A model generated the notes under the pieces. The model made no database searches. It saw only the letters and a list, made by a program, of their open reading frames with translations, and was not told where the DNA came from. 64,000 nucleotides of DNA from positions 1,098-65,097 of the forward strand of contig JAJRYF010000064.1 in NCBI GenBank assembly GCA_024275935.1, read 5' to 3'. Below, one piece after another: positions 30,141-38,937 of the stretch (its first letter is position 1; each line of letters opens with the position of its first letter). A program made the translations under genes and the position numbers. The stretch is from Gammaproteobacteria bacterium (GTDB lineage Bacteria > Pseudomonadota > Gammaproteobacteria > Xanthomonadales > SZUA-36).

Positions 30141-31499
30141 TTCAGGTTTAGGTGGCCACATGGCCTTAAATACAATTACCAGAAACATAACCCCACCAAT
30201 AATCGCGATTAGTCCACCGATACCCATAATGAGCATACCAGCCAGTTCTTGGATGTTATCCAGACCCTGAGCCTCACCAGCAGTTTTCCTCTGCACTCCC
30301 CGATTTCCGGATAATGCCAAACCCAGTACATGCATCAACTGACCAACACCAAAAATTATTGGCTGCAGGTTTACACTTCTACCAATTGGCTTCCTGAACC
30401 CAAGCATGGGTAATAAGTGATAGGTCAAACCCATAAATGCCAAAGTTACTGCCACAATTGAGCCATGATAATGTGCAGGTACCGTGACATTACTACCGTC
30501 AATTAGAAAGCCAATAATACCACCGGAACCAAATAACAACATGGAGAACCATAGCGCCGATCGCTCAGCCCTAGCAGTAACAATAGCTTTCCCACTAGAA
30601 ATTACAGCAAGCAAAATTATCAAGGCAAATGGTAGTGCCGCCAAACCGCCACCAAACTGCATCTGCCAGGTAAACCCTAGAAGATGGTTGGCTGAGCCGA
30701 TCTCGTATGCCCAGTAAATATAGATGCCAAACAAGGCAGGAATTGCTCCCAGAGCAAACAATAGCAGAGCCACCCGTGGGTTTAGGCGTAATTTGGCACC
30801 GGATACAGCAGCCAGCCATAACCATGCCACCAACATCAACTGCACATGCATAAATTGGATAGTGTGACCACTAGCCCAGAAAAGCAATTCGTAGTATGTC
30901 GTATCCTGGGCAAAAGCTGGCATTCCAATCCATGAAGCAAACAGCGCCAGTATCGATAACAGCCCAATCACTAATGCTGTATATAAACCGAAACGCAAAG
31001 CCGCCCCGCTACGAATATAGTGACCAACCGCCTGAGAGAAAAATAGACCACGCAAAACCAGCAAGCCAAACCCTAAACCAAACAACCCCAGCCCAGCAAA
31101 AAATATTGGATCACGCAACACTGGAACATAGTTGTTCATCAGCGGATCACCCGCACCTAGAAACGGTGCAATGCTTATTATTGTGGCGCCACCAACACAT
31201 AAATATAAAGCTACCCAGCCACAAGTCTGACATGCGGTTGAACTATTTAAGCTCCATAACACACCGGCAAAGGATAAAAACCAAACCACTACAGTAAGAT
31301 CTACATGCACCACCAAAGCGGTATGAAAGAAATCAACCCAAGGGAAAATATCCTGAATTCCAGGCGTACGCGAGAGCACTACAAGCAGGGTATAAAGCCC
31401 TGCTACTACCAGCGACCCTAACGCCAGCATAAGCCAACCAATAGCCAGGCGCCGACTCCCGGAGTCAGGGGCAGGTAATGAAAAGGCAAGCTTCAGCAT
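30126..31499 (-). CDS. Divergent 12-TM heme-copper oxidase subunit-I-like protein with a non-canonical CuB site
   Basis: By-eye alignment to the adjacent subunit I and to the remembered Thermus ba3 subunit I. Helix II has a His (ALVVHVDL). Helix VI reads FWASGHTIQF, with the His present and Phe at H+4. The helix VII doublet reads ANH instead of HH. Helix X reads VPAHYHGS, so both heme His are present. Twelve hydrophobic segments; no subunit II is adjacent. Confidence 0.7.
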   Translation of the reverse strand: MLKLAFSLPAPDSGSRRLAIGWLMLALGSLVVAGLYTLLVVLSRTPGIQDIFPWVDFFHTALVVHVDLTVVVWFLSFAGVLWSLNSSTACQTCGWVALYLCVGGATIISIAPFLGAGDPLMNNYVPVLRDPIFFAGLGLFGLGFGLLVLRGLFFSQAVGHYIRSGAALRFGLYTALVIGLLSILALFASWIGMPAFAQDTTYYELLFWASGHTIQFMHVQLMLVAWLWLAAVSGAKLRLNPRVALLLFALGAIPALFGIYIYWAYEIGSANHLLGFTWQMQFGGGLAALPFALIILLAVISSGKAIVTARAERSALWFSMLLFGSGGIIGFLIDGSNVTVPAHYHGSIVAVTLAFMGLTYHLLPMLGFRKPIGRSVNLQPIIFGVGQLMHVLGLALSGNRGVQRKTAGEAQGLDNIQELAGMLIMGIGGLIAIIGGVMFLVIVFKAMWPPKPESLLS

Positions 31500-31514
31500 A
31501 AGTTTAATATGGAT

Positions 31515-32015
31515 TTATTTGAATACAAAACCATCCTCCGAGTTAAAATCAATCAATAATTGTTGGGCGGGCTCCAACTTTATATTTTGGCTTGCGACAA
31601 ATCGACTACCCTGCAGGTGAACACTATCGTTCATCTTAACCTCAAAATGGTGTTGACCTGCCGTAACTTTGACTGACCGATAGACATTTACACTGCCATC
31701 GGCAAACAAACCCGGTGGTTGAGCGGTAATATTAAATAACTCTTCGCCATCCATGCTGACCTCTATTTTTATCGGTGAGCGCTCGCGTGGACAATCCATG
31801 GGCTTACGCATATTGGGTGCAAGCTTGGCCAGGTCTTCCGCTGAGACTTTACGGCAAGGCTTTAACAACTCTCCACTATGGCTTACAGAAATCACTACAA
31901 CAGCCTGGTTCGGCTCTAGATAACGATAAGCCGGGGCCGCAGAGAAATACCAAACCAGGGCCATAAAAATGGCATAGTTAACGATCTGTAGTGTGTGCTT
32001 TATGAACTTATTCAT
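31515..32015 (-). CDS. Membrane-anchored periplasmic protein, hypothetical
   Basis: Start placed at the ATG at 32015, which overlaps the upstream stop by 8 nt (ATGAATAA). One N-terminal TM helix (IVNYAIFMALVWYF) is followed by a soluble domain of about 130 aa. Confidence 0.5.
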   Translation of the reverse strand: MNKFIKHTLQIVNYAIFMALVWYFSAAPAYRYLEPNQAVVVISVSHSGELLKPCRKVSAEDLAKLAPNMRKPMDCPRERSPIKIEVSMDGEELFNITAQPPGLFADGSVNVYRSVKVTAGQHHFEVKMNDSVHLQGSRFVASQNIKLEPAQQLLIDFNSEDGFVFK

Positions 32016-33555
32016 CTTCCACACAGCTTTCATCCAACCTAGGCCCAGGTTTCTCAAGGATACTCAATTTCTGCCGAAACTCATCTAAAGCTTTGGCTAC
32101 AGCCCGGCTATCGGTAATTGCCCCACCATGGATATGGATACGCTCGGCCTCGGCTCTGGCGCGCAATACCGGATGACGAGAAGATGCCATCCTCTGTTCC
32201 ATCCAACGATTGCCAAAGCGGCAATAACAATCTGTGTGCCGACAACCTGCAATCATTACCCCGTCAGCACCATTACTTAGCGCATACTCAACCAGTGCCG
32301 GCGGCAACATTCCACTGCAAATTAGTTTAATCCCTTGAATGTCTTGTGCCTCCAACCCATCCACATCGACCCCATGTTGGCAGCCGAACATGATGATTTT
32401 CGTATCGCCACGCAAGGCCACCAAAGCGGTATCAGTAAGGTTACGAACTTCATTAATGGGAAACTGCGGCATATCAATTCCGGTGTGCAAATCCGGCTCA
32501 GCTTTGCGAAAAGGGTTTGATGAAATACATGCTCCCACACAAATTCCACAGGCAGCACATAAGTCCGGATCAACGACTACCTCATACTCATGACGGGCTC
32601 CATCCGTGCGCGCACGAACTGAAATCGCATCGTAAGGGCAATCCTCAAAGCACTGGGTACAGCCATTGCAATTATTTAGATCTACCACTGCTGCTGGAGC
32701 TTTCTTCTTTGCCGGCAACCAGGGCATCAACATAAGCAGAACCGTGACTCCCATAACCAATGCCCAAACCTGCCCGGGTGTCCAATAGTCCAGTAAAGGA
32801 TATATATTCAGATAAAACCAGTCGAGATTTAGCACAGCCGGCAGCGTAGTTAAGTCAGCCGGGGGATGACTGGTGGCTGGTTTTATTAGTGACAAAACCA
32901 ACATCGCCAGCAAACTGCCAATAGCCAATCCTTTGGGCGGCATAATATTGACATTGGAGAGTCTGCGAACATGAAACCAAAGTACAAAAATCAGCATTAT
33001 CGGCTGACCCAACAAGTGCAGGAACTCGATTAGAATAAAGAATCTATCATTGAGCCTACCATCCACAAAATTACTCGACATAGAACCAAAAAATATTGGT
33101 AACTCATCCATTAACAAGGCAGAGCCAATAGCTAAATATTGAGCCAACTGATCCCACACCAACCAGTACCCAGTAATCCCGAGTAAAACAACCATCCATA
33201 GTGCTGGGATCCCGGTCACCCATGAGTACCATCTAATACCACGGTAACGACCTAATGCAAACTCTCTAAATATATGCAAAATAATAGTCGCTACTGCGGC
33301 ATCTGATGAGTACCTATGCAGGCTTCGCATCACCCCTCCAGCGTACCATTGCTCATTGGTAATTCGTTCGACCGAAGCATAGGCACCATCCAGACTACCA
33401 TGAAAAAATAGAAACAGATAAACACCACTGACCAGTGCTATCCAGAAAAAAAAGAAAGTAAGAGTGCCTAAATGGTAGAGCGGGTTCCATTCCTTAAATG
33501 AAATGTTTAACCATGCCTCCAGCAGTAAATAAAGCCGCTTGACTGGATTCAGCAT
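32008..33555 (-). CDS. Fusion protein: di-heme cytochrome b (N-terminal domain type), 2x[4Fe-4S] ferredoxin and an MvhD/FlpD-like domain
   Basis: Cytochrome b His pairs are RSLHRYSSDAAVATIILH (14 apart) and FLHLLGQPIMLIFVLWFH (15 apart, b6-like), plus the GYWLVWDQL motif. Two Cys clusters follow (CNGCTQCFEDCP and CAACGICVGAC). The C-terminus has KLICSGMLPPALVEYALSNGADGVMIAGCRHTDCYCRFGN, as in methyl-viologen-reducing hydrogenase delta subunit domains. Confidence 0.75.
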   Translation of the reverse strand: MLNPVKRLYLLLEAWLNISFKEWNPLYHLGTLTFFFFWIALVSGVYLFLFFHGSLDGAYASVERITNEQWYAGGVMRSLHRYSSDAAVATIILHIFREFALGRYRGIRWYSWVTGIPALWMVVLLGITGYWLVWDQLAQYLAIGSALLMDELPIFFGSMSSNFVDGRLNDRFFILIEFLHLLGQPIMLIFVLWFHVRRLSNVNIMPPKGLAIGSLLAMLVLSLIKPATSHPPADLTTLPAVLNLDWFYLNIYPLLDYWTPGQVWALVMGVTVLLMLMPWLPAKKKAPAAVVDLNNCNGCTQCFEDCPYDAISVRARTDGARHEYEVVVDPDLCAACGICVGACISSNPFRKAEPDLHTGIDMPQFPINEVRNLTDTALVALRGDTKIIMFGCQHGVDVDGLEAQDIQGIKLICSGMLPPALVEYALSNGADGVMIAGCRHTDCYCRFGNRWMEQRMASSRHPVLRARAEAERIHIHGGAITDSRAVAKALDEFRQKLSILEKPGPRLDESCVEDE

Positions 33556-33612
33556 CAGATCAATACCAATGAAATTCTAAGCCGCAGCAAATGCTGCCAA
33601 AGCAGCCTGGTA

Positions 33613-34416
33613 TCAATCACGAACAAAGCGCCGTCTATGCCGCCATTCCTTGAACAACCAAAGGCTGACCAGAAGAATAATCACAGCACCGATGAATATG
33701 CCAATAAACAATGAGTAATCGAAAAAATAACCATCTCTAACGGGATCATAGACTGTACAAAAAAGTTTAACTTTATTAAATAGCCCAGAAAAAAAAGTTT
33801 GCTGTGGCTGCGGTCTTCCCAGCACCAGGTCCTTTAAAGGCTCAACTAATAACGGGGTTTCAAATGCCTGCCCATATACTTGTCTATAGACTTTACCATC
33901 AGCATCAATCACAGTTGCCTGAATAATATGATCAAAACCGTTAGCTGATGGGTAAACTACCAGACCTACATCAGCAACTAAGGCCTTGGCCTCGTTCGCG
34001 TCCATACTAAAGAGCTTCCAGTTAGAACTCTCCAGACCCTGAATTTTTCCGAAATACGCCATTGCCTCTGGAGTATCGACTGTAGTATCAAAGCCAATGG
34101 AAACTACGGAAAAACTATCTTCCCCAAGTGCTGCACGAGCTTTTCCAATCACCTTGGCAAGGTGCCTGGTAGTCATTGGGCAAATTTGATAGCAGCTAGT
34201 ATAGATCATACTCAGCACAAGCGGCTTACCCCTAAGGTCAGCCAGTTCTGAGTGATTACCTTCACTATCGACCAGTGAATAGTTACCAATATGCTTACCA
34301 ATCACAGCCTGACTAGTCTTTAGCGCCGATTTATACTCATACTGATCTTCTTCAGCGACAGCTGAAGAAATCAGAATAAATACAAGGGTCAGAGCTACCA
34401 GCTTTAGCGTACGCAC
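33613..34416 (-). CDS. SCO1/SenC-family copper chaperone with an extra C-terminal TM segment
   Basis: Signal or anchor at the N-terminus, CYQICP (CxxxC) motif, conserved His (FDHIIQATVIDADG) and a C-terminal TM helix (IFIGAVIILLVSLWLF). Confidence 0.8.
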   Translation of the reverse strand: MRTLKLVALTLVFILISSAVAEEDQYEYKSALKTSQAVIGKHIGNYSLVDSEGNHSELADLRGKPLVLSMIYTSCYQICPMTTRHLAKVIGKARAALGEDSFSVVSIGFDTTVDTPEAMAYFGKIQGLESSNWKLFSMDANEAKALVADVGLVVYPSANGFDHIIQATVIDADGKVYRQVYGQAFETPLLVEPLKDLVLGRPQPQQTFFSGLFNKVKLFCTVYDPVRDGYFFDYSLFIGIFIGAVIILLVSLWLFKEWRHRRRFVRD

Positions 34417-34422
34417 ACCATC

Positions 34423-35280
34423 TCAACCGCCAACAGCGACATCAATTATCGCTCCCAGCAATAGTAAGACTAATTGAACAAGAGATGCAAAAAAACTTCC
34501 CATCGCAACTTTCGGGAATGGCTGCTGCACCATCTGCAGATTCTTATAAATAAAATAAGCACCGCCACTAAGAGCACCTAATAAATAAACCCAGCCCATA
34601 CCATAAAAGAACGGCAGGATAGATATGGCTACTAGAACGAGGGTATTGGCTAATACTACTTTAGCGGCCATCCGGTCACCAACCACCACCGGTAGCATGG
34701 GTACGCCTACTTTTTCATAATCACCATGCCTGGCGATAGCCAACGACCAGAAATGTGACGGGGTCCAGAAAAACAACACAAGTGCGAACAATATTGGTAT
34801 CGGGTGCATCCCCGGATCAACAGCTGCGGCGCCAGCCAATACAGCAAAACTACCAGAAGCACCACCAATAACTATATTTAACCAGGTACGGCGTTTAAGC
34901 CAAACGGTATAGACTACTGCGTAAAAGAATGCACCCAGGAAAATATACAAAGCAGATTGAGCGTTTAACACCAAGGCAGCACTACCAACACCGAGAATTA
35001 CCAACAACAGAATTATTCCCAGCCAATAAGGTTTCCTCTGTAATTGACCAGTAACAAATGGACGATCGTTAGTCCTTTGCATCTGAGCATCCAGGTCAGC
35101 TTCATAGTATTGGTTAAAAGCTCCTGCAGCGGCAGCACTAATCAGAACTGCCACCGCCAGCACCAAAATTTCCCATCCCCCCAGGCTTCTTCCCGGGGTG
35201 ATGGCCATGGCCACCAGGGCGGTCAGCATCATGACCACCCCAATACGAAGCTTAAACAAACTAACCAACTGCCTGAGCAT
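34423..35280 (-). CDS. ctaB: Protoheme IX farnesyltransferase (heme O synthase)
   Basis: UbiA-family polytopic protein with NQYYEADLDAQMQRTNDRP and the typical CyoE/CtaB layout. Confidence 0.88.
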   Translation of the reverse strand: MLRQLVSLFKLRIGVVMMLTALVAMAITPGRSLGGWEILVLAVAVLISAAAAGAFNQYYEADLDAQMQRTNDRPFVTGQLQRKPYWLGIILLLVILGVGSAALVLNAQSALYIFLGAFFYAVVYTVWLKRRTWLNIVIGGASGSFAVLAGAAAVDPGMHPIPILFALVLFFWTPSHFWSLAIARHGDYEKVGVPMLPVVVGDRMAAKVVLANTLVLVAISILPFFYGMGWVYLLGALSGGAYFIYKNLQMVQQPFPKVAMGSFFASLVQLVLLLLGAIIDVAVGG

Positions 35281-35289
35281 TATCGTTAC

Positions 35290-37026
35290 TTAGCCAATCG
35301 GCCAAACTGAGGATAGATAACCCCAGTTAATAAAGTAGTAGATAACAAAGCTAACCAACAGCAACATTGCCAAGGCAAAGGTGCCTGGCGCTGCAAAGCC
35401 TGCAGAACCATGCTCCTCAACTGTTAGTTTCTCAGCCCTTTCCAGAGTCGCAGGCTTGTCAACATTGTAGACTTCTGGCGCTAACGCTTTGAGACCGAAG
35501 CTAGCGAAGATACCCGCAGAAGCCTCCAGTTTCTTGCCAAATAACAAGGAGCCAACAGTAACAATGATATAAGCTGCACCACCAATTACTGCCAGAACAC
35601 CACCAATTCCAGCCAACGCCATCATCATATAGGCTGTACCAGGGTAATCAAAACTAAGTGCTGCCCCGGTGAAGCCCATGTCCCAGTGCCTGCGGGAAAC
35701 ACCCAATGTACCAGCTCCCAGCAGGAACAGAATCAACATTGTCATTCCAGCACTGAAAATATATGGCTGCCATTTTGCTAATGTCGGCAAAAACAATTGC
35801 CGCCTGAACAGCACCGGAATCAACAGGTATGTCAATGCCATAAAGGTCAGAGTGGTACCTACTGCTACCGTGGCATGAAAATGTCCCGGAACATACATGG
35901 TGTTATGGATAATAAGATTGATTTGCTCAGTACCCATTACCACGCCAGTTATCCCGCCTAGGAAGCCAAAGATAACCAGTGCCAAGAAGAAACCTGAGAA
36001 TACCGGATTGCCCCAAGGAGCCTTCCGCAACCACTCAAACAAACCCTTGGTAAGCCCTTTCTTACGCTGCGCAATTTCCATTGACCCTGGAACCGAAAGA
36101 CCATGGATCATACTCGCCAATACCGCCAGATACATCGCATAACTGGTATTGAATATCTTCCATTCAGAGCTCATGCCAGGATCTACCAGCAAATGATGAG
36201 CGCTGGCTAACTGTAAGAACAGAATATACAGTAAGAATGCCATTCGACTGACCTTCTCTGACATTGGCCTGGCCATAAATAGGACACCAGCCAACAAGTA
36301 CCAAATAGATACCATAGCGGCCATATTGATCTGTTGCGAGGAATGACCAAAGGCCCACCAGATGAGTCGATACATAACCGCATCAATCTGGTTGATATAT
36401 CCGATTGACCAGAGGAAGGTAGGAATAAGAATAATCGCACCCGAGGCAATCGTAAAAATCGCGATTATAGTAGCTGTGAGTGCACCAAAGGTAACCAATG
36501 GTATGGAACCTTTATAAGTTTTCTCATTCCGAGCTATGATCAAAGTACCCAAGAATACAAAGCAACCTATCAGCGCACCTACCGCAAACAGGATTAAACC
36601 CAGATAGAAATGTGGCTGTGCCTGCATCGGCACATACGAAGTCATCATTACGCTGGACTTACCACTTAACACAGCAATATTATTCATCACTGCGCCAATA
36701 ATCATCAGGGCGAATCCCATCCAAGCCCATCGCGGAGCCGCTAGACGACATCGCAGCAGGGTGGAAGAGGCAAAATATAGCACCGCTATCTCAAAAAATA
36801 TTACCCAGAAAATAAGAGCATTAATACCGTGAGAGGTCAGCACCATATAAAAAGTGTCGGCCGGCAACAGGTGAATGGTCTGCCAACGAGTCAGAATCAC
36901 CCCGAGGGCAGCAACACCCGCCAGCAGTAGGCTGACAACCGCAGCTACAGCGTTAACTTTCATCAGCTGCTCAGCTGATTTGTCAAAATAAAATCCCGAA
37001 TCGGGACAAACTCTAAACTGTGCCAT
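35290..37026 (-). CDS. B-family-like heme-copper oxidase subunit I lacking the cross-link tyrosine (sNOR/NorY-like candidate NO reductase)
   Basis: Colinear with the ba3 subunit I. Matches include TSHGINALIF, IWWAFGHSSQQ (His present, Gln at H+4 where ba3 has GHPIVY), ASAHHLLVDPG and HNTMYVPGHFHATV. Confidence 0.8.
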   Translation of the reverse strand: MAQFRVCPDSGFYFDKSAEQLMKVNAVAAVVSLLLAGVAALGVILTRWQTIHLLPADTFYMVLTSHGINALIFWVIFFEIAVLYFASSTLLRCRLAAPRWAWMGFALMIIGAVMNNIAVLSGKSSVMMTSYVPMQAQPHFYLGLILFAVGALIGCFVFLGTLIIARNEKTYKGSIPLVTFGALTATIIAIFTIASGAIILIPTFLWSIGYINQIDAVMYRLIWWAFGHSSQQINMAAMVSIWYLLAGVLFMARPMSEKVSRMAFLLYILFLQLASAHHLLVDPGMSSEWKIFNTSYAMYLAVLASMIHGLSVPGSMEIAQRKKGLTKGLFEWLRKAPWGNPVFSGFFLALVIFGFLGGITGVVMGTEQINLIIHNTMYVPGHFHATVAVGTTLTFMALTYLLIPVLFRRQLFLPTLAKWQPYIFSAGMTMLILFLLGAGTLGVSRRHWDMGFTGAALSFDYPGTAYMMMALAGIGGVLAVIGGAAYIIVTVGSLLFGKKLEASAGIFASFGLKALAPEVYNVDKPATLERAEKLTVEEHGSAGFAAPGTFALAMLLLVSFVIYYFINWGYLSSVWPIG

Positions 37027-37032
37027 GATTCT

Positions 37033-37569
37033 TTACTCCTTCACAATCATTTTGCCAAGCATCATGTGATGCCCGATGCCGCAATATTCATTGCAGACAA
37101 TCGCGAAATCACCTGATTGATCAGGCGTTAATTTGATAACCATTTCATAACCCGGAATAACCTGCAGGTTAATATTCACAGGCTGCAGGGAGAAGCCGTG
37201 CTGCCAGTCGAGTGAGGACAAGTGCAGCCGGTAACTCTTATCTTTTTCCAACTCAAGAATTGGATACCACTGCCAGAGACGACCAAGCAGGTAAATATCA
37301 CTACCAGCCGGGGGAGTGACGATTGGTACCCCACCTTCCTCACCGGTCTGGTACTTCTCAACCATTTCATCCACCCTAGCTTTAAACTTCGCCGGAGTAG
37401 TCTGATAGGCCTCATTAGAAAGGTTCTGTTTTCCGTAAACATGCCAGAAAGGCATCATAAAAAACATGATCAAACACCACACCAAGGCAATGCCGATCCA
37501 TAAAATCTCTTCTTTGCCGAGAGGTGTTTTCCACCATATTCGCTCAGCAGGTGGTTGAAATGTAGTCAT
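37033..37569 (-). CDS. Oxidase subunit II with an intact CuA site, single TM helix (NorS-like)
   Basis: CuA ligand pattern H(GFS)...CNEYCGIGHHMM fits CxExCGxxHxxM. One N-terminal TM helix, as in ba3-type subunit II. A strong RBS (AGGGAGGG) lies upstream. Confidence 0.85.
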   Translation of the reverse strand: MTTFQPPAERIWWKTPLGKEEILWIGIALVWCLIMFFMMPFWHVYGKQNLSNEAYQTTPAKFKARVDEMVEKYQTGEEGGVPIVTPPAGSDIYLLGRLWQWYPILELEKDKSYRLHLSSLDWQHGFSLQPVNINLQVIPGYEMVIKLTPDQSGDFAIVCNEYCGIGHHMMLGKMIVKE

Positions 37570-37582
37570 TTTTAAACCCTCC

Positions 37583-37747
37583 CTATTCGGCTATCGGCAA
37601 ATTAGCTATTTCCATAATGCCCCAGACGATGTAGAAAACAGTGGGGATAGTTATCCCCAGAAAAAGCAAGAGAAACGGGTTGTCTAGCAGTTGCTGCCAG
37701 AAAGGAATTTTCTCTGGTGTTGCCTCAGGTTGCGGCAGGTCATCCAT
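37583..37747 (-). CDS. Unannotated 54-aa single-TM protein, first gene of the sNOR-like operon
   Basis: Below the ORF-track size cutoff. The ATG at 37747 is preceded by AGGAGG at a 5-nt spacing. Product: MDDLPQPEATPEKIPFWQQLLDNPFLLLFLGITIPTVFYIVWGIMEIANLPIAE. Its stop lies 13 nt before the subunit II start. Confidence 0.5.
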   Translation of the reverse strand: MDDLPQPEATPEKIPFWQQLLDNPFLLLFLGITIPTVFYIVWGIMEIANLPIAE

Positions 37748-37824
37748 CGTAGCCTCCTATTATTTGCGAACTAAAATTAATATACTGATCAATAGGAACT
37801 ATACGCCAGTTATATATTTTCTCC

Positions 37825-37838
37825 TTGATATAGGTCAA
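37825..37838. promoter_or_regulatory. FNR/ANR/Dnr-type box upstream of the sNOR-like operon
   Basis: TTGATATAGGTCAA matches TTGAT-N4-GTCAA. It is centred about 85 bp upstream of the ATG at 37747. Confidence 0.6.
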
Positions 37839-38105
37839 ATGGGCGTGATCTGTTAGCGATACAAAAAAATCTGGAGCATCGTGAGCATACTAGTCCACGC
37901 TGCTCTCAACCCATCTTCCGGGGGCGGCGTGGTTTTTATCACCTAATCATTGGAATTGATGTGGAATAACATGCTACAAATAGCAAATTACCGCCTTCAC
38001 CAGCCAACTTGCGCGACAATTCGTGGCGATTTAACCCAAATACTGACATAGAGCAAAGTGCAGTAAATCAACTGCTTGACAACATGGCTTTAATTATTCC
38101 TATGC

Positions 38106-38924
38106 TCAATGACTAAAGTTAAGCTCTAAACTAAGCTTGTCTATAGTCACAATAATGCCCTTACTTGGCCCTGAAATTATTCTCAGCCGTGCCACCGACA
38201 GGTTATCCTCATTGGTTAAAAACTCCCCTGGCCCTGGAATATTAATTTGTTGAATAATTTTCCAACTATCCATATTTACCAGACTAACAATGCCGTCTAG
38301 CATATCGGGTATTGCCAATAGTGCTCCACTCTGGTGTTTCCACTGTAAAGCAAGAGCCGGGCGGGGTTTGGGAGAGCTTCTGATCTTATCGGCAACTACT
38401 CTGGCCATATCCAAATCTACAATCTGAAGTTTACCGTGGCTTGATACCCCCACCAGAAACACACCCTGAGGATCAACATATAAGTCTGATAACGGACTGT
38501 TTGTATGAATCACACGCACGGGAAAGGCATCCGCTTTGGCATTTTCTCCAGAATCTACCCGATAGTCATGTACCCAGCTGGCAAACCCAGGCGGTGGTTC
38601 ATCCGCATATGAGATTTGCCAAATTTCAGCAATATCTGTAAGCGCCACAATGAAGCTTTCTCTTACAGGCAGCGTATATACCGCACTTATACCAGATCTA
38701 TCACCGTGAAAGTTGCGGACTGTTTTGGATAACAACACATTACCCGAGCGGGCATCCTGAATTTGCAACTGGAACGGCGTTATGGAGCTTATCTGATATC
38801 GCTTATCTGCCGATATCGCTATAGCATGCTCAGCTTTGCTCGAAATACTCAAAGAGCCTGCATAAACCCCGGTTGCCAGTAGTAGCAAAACGCTCAGATA
38901 CAGAAGCACTCTAAAAAACATCAA
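38106..38924 (-). CDS. Periplasmic protein resembling part of a cytochrome cd1 beta-propeller, without a heme c domain
   Basis: Signal peptide. The segment IAEIWQISYADEPP...LYVDPQGVFLVGVSSHGKLQIVDLDMARVV parallels NirS in this window (LGQMWQVDYSDLDN...FFDPTGRYFQIAANASDKMVIVDSKTGKL). Confidence 0.5.
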   Translation of the reverse strand: MMFFRVLLYLSVLLLLATGVYAGSLSISSKAEHAIAISADKRYQISSITPFQLQIQDARSGNVLLSKTVRNFHGDRSGISAVYTLPVRESFIVALTDIAEIWQISYADEPPPGFASWVHDYRVDSGENAKADAFPVRVIHTNSPLSDLYVDPQGVFLVGVSSHGKLQIVDLDMARVVADKIRSSPKPRPALALQWKHQSGALLAIPDMLDGIVSLVNMDSWKIIQQINIPGPGEFLTNEDNLSVARLRIISGPSKGIIVTIDKLSLELNFSH

Positions 38925-38937
38925 TACTACCTAGTGA

